Shown here piece after piece: positions 1 through 7,052 of a stretch of DNA of 20,319 nt (its first letter is position 1; every line of letters starts with the position of its first letter). The position numbers and the translations under genes are program-made. The notes under the pieces are model-generated. The model saw only the letters and a list, made by a program, of their open reading frames with translations. It searched no databases and was not told the DNA's origin. Source of the DNA: Candidatus Micrarchaeota archaeon (lineage in GTDB: Archaea > Micrarchaeota > Micrarchaeia > Anstonellales > Anstonellaceae); assembly GCA_043810635.1 (NCBI GenBank), contig JBDRNY010000035.1, forward strand, positions 1 through 20,319. The letters run 5' to 3'.

Positions 1-1772
1 TAGGAGACGGTGTTGTTGTTGGAGCTGGTGGAGAGGACGATGGCATAACCGCTTGATGATGAGGCGTTGTTATAGGAAATAGTGTTGTTGGAGCTGGTGC
101 TGATGGAGATGACGCTGCTTGGGGCTGAGGCGTTGTTGTAAGTGATATTGTTGTTGTTGCAGTTGGAAGCGAAGTAGATGGCAAAGCTGGTTGAAGCGGA
201 GGCGTTGTTATAGGAAATAGTGTTGTTGGAGCTGGCGCTGAGGTAGATGGTATAGGAGACGGAGGCGGAGGCGTTGTTATAGGTGATGTTGTTGTTGCTG
301 GAGCTGCTGGAGAGGGAGATGGCATAGGAGGAGGCGGAGACGTTGTTAAAGGAAACAGTGTTGTTGAAGCTACCGGAGAGGGACATGGCATAGTTGGTTG
401 ATGCTGAGGCGTTGTTATAGGAAATAGTGTTGTTGGAGCTGGTATAGATGTAGATGGCATTGTTGTATGAGGCGGAGGCGTTGTTGTAAGAAACATTGTT
501 GTAATTTGTATTTGAATTAAGACCTATTCCATACTGGTATACGTAAACCCTGTTTTTTTTAACTTCTGAATTATCTGCACCAGTTAGAAATATTGCATTA
601 CATTTCCCGTTTGAAGATGAGCATGAAGTTTCATAGGTAATATTTATTGTATTATTTGTAATATTTGCATAATCAGCCCCGTCTCCATCTATGTAAATTC
701 CTGTTGAGAAGTTTAATATAATACAGTTTTTCACAGATGTATTATATTTGCTTGTGTTTACTCCGGCAGTGCTTGTTGTATTGTCTCCGGTAATTTTATA
801 CCCCGAGCAATTTAGTGTAACATTTTCTGCAGTAATATTAATGCAGGTTGTACCGGTTGAAGATATGTCTTGTGTAAGTGAGTAGACAGAATTCGGAGTT
901 GAAAGGTTTTTGCACGCGCTTACATCTGGGTTGTCTATAATTGTTAATGTGGAAGAGTTGAGGGCTGCTGAATAGTCTGTATTGTCATATGCCTTGCATT
1001 CCAAAATCCATTCCCCTACATAATCTCCAGAGCCGCCTGTGGTAATGTTGCTTACACTTGTTTCAACATTTTGGGTAAATGTGGTTGCACTTTGGGTGAA
1101 AAATATATCTTGTTCATATACTGTTGCACCGTTTGCATTATCTCCGGGCGCGCTCTCAGTTCCTAAATCATTCCATGTTGAAGAATAATAGCATTGGGGG
1201 CGGGAGCGGTAGTCTTTGCCAGCGCCTGCAGCTCGCCATACCCACATCCTTAATTGAATCGGGTCTGCTGAATAACAAGATGAGGAGAGGGTTATGTTAT
1301 AGGTGGCAAGGGTGCCGTGCTTTACCTGCCAGGTGGCACCGGTTAATCCACTAGGTATGGAACCGGAATAATTATAATATGCATAATAATAAACGTCTTT
1401 TGCTGTTGATGAGGCTGCGGTGCCATAATCATTGTCTTCTGCATATGATGGACTTACTGGTATGTCAGAATAAAATGCATCTGGAGTTGCATTTTGCTGT
1501 GTGCCTGCAAAATTTCCTAAAGTTCCGCTTGAATATAACCCATCATCTTTAAACCAGCGGAAAGGGTATATTATGCTTGCAGTGTCGCCGTCAGATGCAT
1601 TGCAAAAGCCTTCAATTGTGCTTACGTCGGTGTAATATTGCGTGCCTGTGGGGTCGGTGCGTGAAGTTTCTACTGATGGGGCGACTGCAAATGAGAGGGT
1701 GGAAAAAAATAATATAAATAAGAGAAATGCCCGCAAATGGGCATTTTTAGCAAGGAAAGTTTTATTTCTCAT
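1..1772 (-). CDS. Large secreted cell-surface protein: signal peptide, Ig-like domain, parallel beta-helix (NosD/CASH-like) repeats; 3' end lies beyond the left edge of the window
   Basis: Not in the ORF track because there is no stop in the window. Manual translation from ATG at 1772 is open for 590 codons to the edge: MRNKTFLAKNAHLRAFLLFILFFSTLSFA (signal peptide) ...EGFCNASDGD...FRWFKD...WILECKAYD...NSSTLTI (Ig-like) ...CKNLSTPNSVYSLTQDISSTGTTCINITAENVTLNCSGYKI (typical beta-helix N-cap), then 22-24 aa AIYL.SSNNTISYNNASAS repeats. The start overlaps the upstream gene end by 11 nt. Confidence 0.9.
   Translation of the reverse strand, partial: MRNKTFLAKNAHLRAFLLFILFFSTLSFAVAPSVETSRTDPTGTQYYTDVSTIEGFCNASDGDTASIIYPFRWFKDDGLYSSGTLGNFAGTQQNATPDAFYSDIPVSPSYAEDNDYGTAASSTAKDVYYYAYYNYSGSIPSGLTGATWQVKHGTLATYNITLSSSCYSADPIQLRMWVWRAAGAGKDYRSRPQCYYSSTWNDLGTESAPGDNANGATVYEQDIFFTQSATTFTQNVETSVSNITTGGSGDYVGEWILECKAYDNTDYSAALNSSTLTIIDNPDVSACKNLSTPNSVYSLTQDISSTGTTCINITAENVTLNCSGYKITGDNTTSTAGVNTSKYNTSVKNCIILNFSTGIYIDGDGADYANITNNTINITYETSCSSSNGKCNAIFLTGADNSEVKKNRVYVYQYGIGLNSNTNYNNVSYNNASASYNNAIYIYTSSNNTISYNNASASTNYAMSLSGSFNNTVSFNNVSASSYAISLSSSSSNNNITYNNASASVSYTIYLSASSNNTISYNNASASTSFAIYFASNCNNNNITYNNASAPSSVISISTSSNNTISYNNASSSSGYAIVLSTSSNNNTVS
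3..488 (-). repeat. ~69-bp (23-codon) tandem coding repeats forming beta-helix rungs
   Basis: The exact 37-mer gaggcgttgttataggaaatagtgttgttggagctgg occurs at 61-97, 199-235 and 406-442 (spacings 138 and 207 = 2x and 3x69). About 7 degenerate units are visible. Confidence 0.9.
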
Positions 1773-3210
1773 TTTTGCTGCCTCTTTTTTTATGGATAAT
1801 CGCAAAGCCGCCAGAGGCTTTGCGAGACTTCGCCGACTCATCGGCGAAGCTGATTTTCCAATGCCCTCCTTTGTCTGGGCCTATGCGCCGCAAGATGCCG
1901 AGGGATTTGAGTTTCTTGAGATTGTATTGCACCCCGATTTCGCTCAGGTTGGATATGCCTGCCAGTTCCTTTATCGTGAGGGCGGGTTTCTCTTTGAGAG
2001 CCATAAGGATTTTCTCCATAGTTTTCTCCATAGTTTTCTCCATAGTTTTCTGGGTAGTCTTTTGGGTAGTTTTCCTGCTGGCAAATTTCAGGTAATCTTT
2101 GCTTTTTGAGAAGATTATTCTGAAATATTTTTCATCCACATCAAGCTTGAAAGAGGGTGCGTTTGCCTTATGGCAATAGCTTTTCATGCGCGCAAAGCCG
2201 GAGCCTATTTTTTCAATAAAGCCGGCGCGCGCAAGCAAATCTGCAATAATCCTGTTGCGCCTGAATGTATCCCTCCCAACTTTAAACCAGGGGGGCCTTG
2301 CCCATACATTTGTTATTGTAAGCATGCTTGGAAATATTCTCAAAATGTTGTTATGCCCTTCCTCAAAATAGTCCCTATGAATCACAGAATTGATTATTGC
2401 CTCCCTTATTGCACCCATAGGATATTCACGCACATCCTCCCTCCGGGGCTTGCCGCTGAATTTGTATGCAACACTTGTATTTCTTTCAACAAACTTTACT
2501 GCATCCTCAACTATCTGAATAATGCTTCCGCCAATCTCCTGCCTATCAATGATATCACTGCCTTCTTTGTCTTTGAACAAAACGCATGTGAAAACACTGT
2601 GGGAAATGAATTTCTGGGGAGTTTTTGCAAAGAAAAGCACCCCTGCATTGTTAAAAAAGAATTTTTTGCTCTTTTTTGCTGTGTTTAATTCAAGCAATAC
2701 TTTTTTGTCAGGCAGGGTTTTTGAAATTCCTGCCAGAGAGAGGTAATAGCTTAATTTTTCCTTGTCAAAATTATTTGGATAAAAAAAATCATAATTTGTT
2801 TGCGCATCAAACTGGGTTTTTCCAATTTTTATTGAAAAATTAATGATTTCGTCCCTTTTCATTTTGCATGAGTTTGCGCCCTGCCTTAAGTAAAAGCCGG
2901 AGGAGCATTTGTAAGGTTTGTCTTCCCCTTCAGCAACATGGATTATCGGCACTTTTTCAAATTGTTTAATTGATATTTTAACCTGGGGGTCGCAGTTTTG
3001 GGCAATATCTTGTATCTGGGATTTTAATCTGTTGGTTATATTTATGCCTTTTGCATTTCCGTCATCATCCACCCCTAAAAATATTCTTCCCCCTGAAGCG
3101 TTGGCAAATGCAACCATTTCCTTTGCAATGGACTTGTCAAAAAATTGCTTAAACTCTATGCCAAGCCCTTCGCCTTCCTGCAAAATAAATTCAAATTCCT
3201 CTTTTTTCAT
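1762..3210 (-). CDS. Schlafen/AlbA_2 domain + HATPase_c_4-like domain + C-terminal winged HTH protein (often annotated RecG-like or putative transcriptional regulator)
   Basis: N-terminal EGLGIEFK...MVAFANASGGRIFLGVDDDG (AlbA_2); middle EYPMGAIREAIINSVIHRDY and RNRIIADLLARAGFIEKIGSGFARM; C-terminal LTIKELAGISNLSEIGVQYNLKKLKSLGILRRIGPDKGGHW. Confidence 0.88.
   Translation of the reverse strand: MKKEEFEFILQEGEGLGIEFKQFFDKSIAKEMVAFANASGGRIFLGVDDDGNAKGINITNRLKSQIQDIAQNCDPQVKISIKQFEKVPIIHVAEGEDKPYKCSSGFYLRQGANSCKMKRDEIINFSIKIGKTQFDAQTNYDFFYPNNFDKEKLSYYLSLAGISKTLPDKKVLLELNTAKKSKKFFFNNAGVLFFAKTPQKFISHSVFTCVLFKDKEGSDIIDRQEIGGSIIQIVEDAVKFVERNTSVAYKFSGKPRREDVREYPMGAIREAIINSVIHRDYFEEGHNNILRIFPSMLTITNVWARPPWFKVGRDTFRRNRIIADLLARAGFIEKIGSGFARMKSYCHKANAPSFKLDVDEKYFRIIFSKSKDYLKFASRKTTQKTTQKTMEKTMEKTMEKILMALKEKPALTIKELAGISNLSEIGVQYNLKKLKSLGILRRIGPDKGGHWKISFADESAKSRKASGGFAIIHKKRGSKNEK
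1800..1849. repeat. Two back-to-back perfect hairpins (palindromic element) inside the 3' end of the AlbA_2 gene
   Basis: TCGCAAAGCC(1800-1809)-GCCAGA-GGCTTTGCGA(1816-1825) is a 10-bp stem; CTTCGCCGA(1828-1836)-CTCA-TCGGCGAAG(1841-1849) is a 9-bp stem. Confidence 0.8.
2010..2074 (-). repeat. 12-bp in-frame tandem repeat encoding a KTTQ/KTME linker
   Basis: ttttctccatag x3 (2010-2045), then ttttctgggtag and tcttttgggtag; the protein reads KTTQKTTQKTMEKTMEKTMEK. Confidence 0.9.
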
Positions 3211-3215
3211 AAATA

Positions 3216-3488
3216 TTACCCATTTTCACTAACCTCTATTAATTGCCTAAATACATCTACTGCCGGGCATTCGTTATTCAGAGAATATTGGATAGAGTTG
3301 GCAACTTTTCTGCTTTTTAAAATGCCTGATTTTTGCAAAAGAAGAAGCTCGTTTCTTACAAGCATTGTGTTTGCATTAAGCTTTCGCGCAGTTTCTCTTA
3401 CCCCTGATTCTAATTCTGAATTTTTTATAAATAGCTCTAACACTGCCAGTCGTGTTTTTGATGTAATAATGGTCGCCAGACTAAACAC
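3216..3488 (-). CDS. Small winged helix-turn-helix (ArsR-like) DNA-binding protein
   Basis: ITSKTRLAVLELF...GVRETARKLNANTMLVRNELLLLQKSGILKSRKVANSIQYSLN. GTG start with a TTTATAAA box at 3518-3511. Ends 5 nt before the AlbA_2 gene, and the GGGTAA RBS-like site for that gene overlaps its stop. Confidence 0.8.
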   Translation of the reverse strand: MFSLATIITSKTRLAVLELFIKNSELESGVRETARKLNANTMLVRNELLLLQKSGILKSRKVANSIQYSLNNECPAVDVFRQLIEVSENG

Positions 3489-3699
3489 GTATTTGGAAAG
3501 GATACTAATGTTTATAAATAATATGGCAAATGTATAGAGGAAAGGTGCGGATGTAGTGAAAATAGATATAAGGTGTATGGAAAAAATATATGAATATATA
3601 TTTGAGGTGTATGGAAGTATGGAAGAAATATATGAGATGTATTGAATAATAATACAATTGATATATTAAAAATATACAGTTAATAATAAAAATAATATA

Positions 3700-4305
3700 T
3701 TACCAAATGCGGATTTGCCCTTTTCCTATTTTATTAATAACCATTGGAAAGGCAATATGCTCGTGCATAAGAATTTTTTTGGCAACTTCTTCTGAAGTTT
3801 TGCAATTTGATATGTCTATTTTTTCCTGGTAAATTATGGGCCCGCCGTCCAAATTTTCGTCTACAATATGAATGGTAAGGCCTGAAATTTTTTCTTTTGC
3901 ATCAAATGCCTGCTTTTGCGCATCCAGCCCTTTGTATTTTGGAAGAAGGGCGGGGTGGACATTGATTATGCGGTTGTGGTATTTTTCAAATATTTTAGGG
4001 GAGCGGAGAATTCTCATATAGCCTGCGAGAATAACAAGGTCTGGGGAATATTTTTCAATAATTGAAAAAATGGCATTGTCAAATGAAATATCATCATCAA
4101 AATTCTTTCTTTCAACTATGTGGGTGGGAATGTTTGCATTTTTTGCAATGGAAAGGGCTTTTGCATCTGGATTGTCTGAAATAAGGGCAAGAATTTTTGC
4201 ATTGCATTTTCCCGCATTTATTGCATTAGCTATTGCCTTGAAATTTGAGCCTCTGCCTGATGCAAGCACTACTATGCATAATTCTTCTTCTTTGGTAATT
4301 GGCAT
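3700..4305 (-). CDS. purN: Phosphoribosylglycinamide formyltransferase
   Basis: VVLASGRGSNF, LAGYMRIL, INVHPALLP (catalytic N/H) and HIVDENLDGGPII (catalytic D). Confidence 0.96.
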   Translation of the reverse strand: MPITKEEELCIVVLASGRGSNFKAIANAINAGKCNAKILALISDNPDAKALSIAKNANIPTHIVERKNFDDDISFDNAIFSIIEKYSPDLVILAGYMRILRSPKIFEKYHNRIINVHPALLPKYKGLDAQKQAFDAKEKISGLTIHIVDENLDGGPIIYQEKIDISNCKTSEEVAKKILMHEHIAFPMVINKIGKGQIRIW

Positions 4306-4317
4306 ATTATAATTAGC

Positions 4318-4881
4318 CTACTTCTTCTTAATAATCCTTTTTTCGCTTGCAACAAAATTAAGGGGGATATCATGATGTTCATGGGGAAGGGGGGAGGGAG
4401 AAATTTGAGCATCATAGCAAATGCCTATTGAAGGAGAGGAAGCTGAAGAAAGAAACCTGTCGTAGAAGCCGAGGCCGTAGCCGAGGCGCATGCGTTTTTC
4501 GTCAAATGCAATGCCCGGCACTATTATTATGTCAATATTTTTTATATAGCAAATTTTGCATTTTAAATTTGGTTCCAATACTCCGAATGAGGAAGGTTCT
4601 AGCTGGGAAAGGGAGGAAATGTAATAGGGAGTGATGGATGTATCTTGGATGTTTGTATGGGGAAGCGCGATTTTTTTTCCTGAATTTAAAAGGGAGAGGA
4701 TGAGTTTTTCAGTGGGAACTTCTGAATTTTTTGACATATAAAGCATAATTGTTTTTGCATTAAGAAATTGCGGTATTTGGAGGAGGTGGCGGAAAATTAG
4801 TTGTTTTTCGTCATCTGAAATTGAAGCGTGTGCTTTTTTTCTTATTGCAAGAAATTTTTTTCTTAATGAATGCTTGTCCAT
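4318..4881 (-). CDS. 5-formyltetrahydrofolate cyclo-ligase (YgfA/Fau/MTHFS family)
   Basis: MDKHSLRKKFLAIR N-terminus, SEVPT, FGVLEP and IIVPGIAFD...RLGYGLGFYDRFL. Confidence 0.95.
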   Translation of the reverse strand: MDKHSLRKKFLAIRKKAHASISDDEKQLIFRHLLQIPQFLNAKTIMLYMSKNSEVPTEKLILSLLNSGKKIALPHTNIQDTSITPYYISSLSQLEPSSFGVLEPNLKCKICYIKNIDIIIVPGIAFDEKRMRLGYGLGFYDRFLSSASSPSIGICYDAQISPSPLPHEHHDIPLNFVASEKRIIKKK

Positions 4882-4920
4882 AGGCAGATATGCACTAATA
4901 AATTAATAAAGAACATCAAA

Positions 4921-4966
4921 ACAAAAGGTTTAAATATGTGATATCACATAATTATTTGAAGGTGAG
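4921..4966 (+). promoter_or_regulatory. Archaeal promoter with palindromic operator and RBS for the TA operon
   Basis: A-rich BRE-like ACAAAAGG, TATA box TTTAAATA at 4929-4936, perfect 16-bp palindrome TATGTGATATCACATA at 4935-4950, and RBS GGTGAG at 4961-4966 before the ATG at 4972. Confidence 0.75.
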
Positions 4967-4971
4967 ATAAT

Positions 4972-5193
4972 ATGGGAAATATTACCCTTTCAGTGTCGGA
5001 GGATGTGCATAGGGATATGAAAAAGCACTCTGAAGTGCGGTGGAGTGAGGTTGCCAGGAAGGCCATTGTTGAAAGATTGGAAGTGCTTAAGCTTGCGGAA
5101 AAGTTGGCAAAAAAAAGCAAGCTTACAGAAAAAGATGTGTTGGAATTCAGCAGGAAGATAAAAAGGCTTGCAGGCAAAAGGTTTTATTCGTGA
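4972..5193 (+). CDS. Antitoxin, ribbon-helix-helix (CopG/VapB-like)
   Basis: MGNITLSVSEDVHRDMKKHSEVRWSEVARKAI gives the RHH pattern; 73 aa; overlaps the PIN gene by 4 nt (GTGA). Confidence 0.85.
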   Translation: MGNITLSVSEDVHRDMKKHSEVRWSEVARKAIVERLEVLKLAEKLAKKSKLTEKDVLEFSRKIKRLAGKRFYS

Positions 5194-5606
5194 ATATTAT
5201 AATGGATTCAAATGTCCTTTTTTCGGCCCTTATCAAGAAATCTGCAACAAGAAGGATAATTTTGGAATTTGACGGTGAATTTCTGTTTCCGTCGTTTATA
5301 TTTGAAGAGATGAAGAAGCACGAGGAAGAACTTGTCATGAAATCACATATGAAAGAAAAGGATTTTGACAAGCTTCTTGGACTAATTCTCAAAAAAGTAA
5401 TTATTGTTCCAAAGGAAGCCTTCCTCAAGCACAGGAAAAAGGCATTGGATATTGTTGGCAAAATTGACCCAGATGATGCTGTTTTTATAGCCTGTGCACT
5501 GGAGTATCAGGACTGCATTATCTGGTCAGACGATAAAAAATTGAAGAAGATTACGCAGATAAAGGTGCTAAATACAAAAGAGATAATCCAGATTTTGGAT
5601 AATTGA
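5190..5606 (+). CDS. PIN-domain (VapC-like) ribonuclease toxin
   Basis: IIMDSNVLFSALI, FEE, DPDDAVFIACAL and IWSDDKKL supply the PIN acidic residues. Confidence 0.9.
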   Translation: MNIIMDSNVLFSALIKKSATRRIILEFDGEFLFPSFIFEEMKKHEEELVMKSHMKEKDFDKLLGLILKKVIIVPKEAFLKHRKKALDIVGKIDPDDAVFIACALEYQDCIIWSDDKKLKKITQIKVLNTKEIIQILDN

Positions 5607-5608
5607 AT

Positions 5609-6847
5609 TCAACCCATAATTCTGAATTCTTCTTCCCCGAATAGGTATTGCAATAGATACGTTGAGCCGATGCATAAAATTCTTCCTTTTTTTCCTGAAA
5701 TGCTTTTTGCTTTTTTCAATGCATTATGCGGATTTTTTATTTTTTTAATAATTATTTTTTTATTTATTTTTAATTTTTTGAAACTATTGGAAAGTGAGTT
5801 GATGTTTTCTGCACGGGGGAAGGGGAGGGTGCAGAATATTGCAATATCAAAAAAAGGCAGGAGGGTTTGCAATACTGAAAGATAATTTTTGTCTTTCATT
5901 GCTGCAAATAAGAGGATGCGGGGGGAATTTGTTTTTTCGGAAAAATCTTTTTTCAAATCAGGGAGAAGGGCAGATGCGGCATGGGGGTTGTGGGCGCAGT
6001 CTATTATTGTTTTTGGGAAAGAGGATATTTTTTCCCAGCGGGCGGGCATGGTGGCGGAGGAGAGGGATTTTTTTATTATTGAATTTTTTATTCCAAGAAT
6101 TTTTGCTGCAATAAATGCAAGGGAGGCATTTTTTTTCTGAAATGAGCCTGCTGCTTTTAATTTTCCGTTGTATCCTTTTTTTATTTCATAAAATTTGGAA
6201 TGTTTTTGTTTTGCAATTTTTTTAATTTCTTTTTTTGCAATTCCTTCAGCTCCGCATATTACTGGAATGTTTGCGCGCATTATTCCTGCTTTTTCAAATG
6301 CTATTTTTTGAATGGAATTTCCGAGGTGGCGGGTGTGCTCAATTCCTATTGATGTGATGATGGAAAGAATGGGAGTGCATGCGTTTGTTGCATCAAGCCG
6401 CCCCCCCATTCCAACTTCCATTACAGCATAATTGCATTTCTTTTTTGAAAAATGGAGAAATGCCATTGCGCATAATGTTTCAAAAAAAGTGGGAATGTTA
6501 TTTTTATTGAAATATTTGAATTTTTTTGCTACAATGTTAAATAATTCTGCAAATTCGCTTTTGTTTATCCATTTATTATTAATTTGGATTCTTTCGCAAA
6601 AGGAAAAAATTGAAGGGGAATAGAAAGCGCCGGTGCAAAAGCCGGCGGAGGAAAGTATTTTAGAAAGAAATTTTACTGTGGAGCCTTTGCCGTTTGTGCC
6701 TGAAATTAGAATGCATTTGAAATTGTTTTGCGGGTTGGAAAGGAGGGAGAGGAGCTTTGTTATTCTGGAAAGGCCTGGCTTTGAGCCGAATTTTGAAATT
6801 GCGCAAAGTTTTTTGCATGCGCTTTTGTAATTGAATTTTTTGGGCAA
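5609..6847 (-). CDS. folC: Folylpolyglutamate synthase / dihydrofolate synthase
   Basis: KPGLSRI, ISGTNGKGST (P-loop), PTFFE, MEVGMGGRLDATN, ITSIGIEH, IAFEKAGI, IIDCAHNP and IGSTYL; TTG start. Confidence 0.94.
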   Translation of the reverse strand: MPKKFNYKSACKKLCAISKFGSKPGLSRITKLLSLLSNPQNNFKCILISGTNGKGSTVKFLSKILSSAGFCTGAFYSPSIFSFCERIQINNKWINKSEFAELFNIVAKKFKYFNKNNIPTFFETLCAMAFLHFSKKKCNYAVMEVGMGGRLDATNACTPILSIITSIGIEHTRHLGNSIQKIAFEKAGIMRANIPVICGAEGIAKKEIKKIAKQKHSKFYEIKKGYNGKLKAAGSFQKKNASLAFIAAKILGIKNSIIKKSLSSATMPARWEKISSFPKTIIDCAHNPHAASALLPDLKKDFSEKTNSPRILLFAAMKDKNYLSVLQTLLPFFDIAIFCTLPFPRAENINSLSNSFKKLKINKKIIIKKIKNPHNALKKAKSISGKKGRILCIGSTYLLQYLFGEEEFRIMG

Positions 6848-6883
6848 GAGAACACCTTTGATAATATCAAGAGGGAAAAATTG

Positions 6884-7036
6884 TCATTTGTTATTTTTCT
6901 TTTTTCGCAAATTGGCAGAAAACTTTTTTGCTAGTGAATTGTTTACCTTCCGTCCGAGGCGAAGCGCGTCTTTCTCACTCAATGTGCTCTTTGATTTGAA
7001 TTCTTCAAGAAATTTCAGGTCTTTTGTCTTGCACAT
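6884..7036 (-). CDS. 50-aa protein resembling the C-terminal half of the antitoxin at 4972-5193 (possible truncated or orphan antitoxin)
   Basis: ATG at 7036 with GGCGAT just upstream. LKFLEEFKSKSTLSEKDALRLGRKVNNSLAKKF aligns with LKLAEKLAKKSKLTEKDVLEFSRKIKRLAGKRF. The ORF fills the folD-folC gap on the operon strand. Confidence 0.6.
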   Translation of the reverse strand: MCKTKDLKFLEEFKSKSTLSEKDALRLGRKVNNSLAKKFSANLRKKKNNK

Positions 7037-7052
7037 AACATCGCCGATAATA

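Noticed and set aside
1..488. Regularly spaced 37-bp repeats as a CRISPR array
   Set aside because: They are in-frame coding repeats of an open ORF, the intervening sequences resemble each other and the repeats, and there are no cas genes.
3..488. DGR variable or template region (AAC-rich, NNC codons)
   Set aside because: There is no reverse transcriptase and no separate TR/VR pair in the window. Differences between units are not confined to adenines, and the GAC/CAC codons expected from AAC mutagenesis are absent. It cannot be fully excluded without the flanking sequence.
1762..3210. True RecG DNA helicase
   Set aside because: No SF2 Walker A or DExH motifs. The RecG label common for this family is a domain-level annotation.
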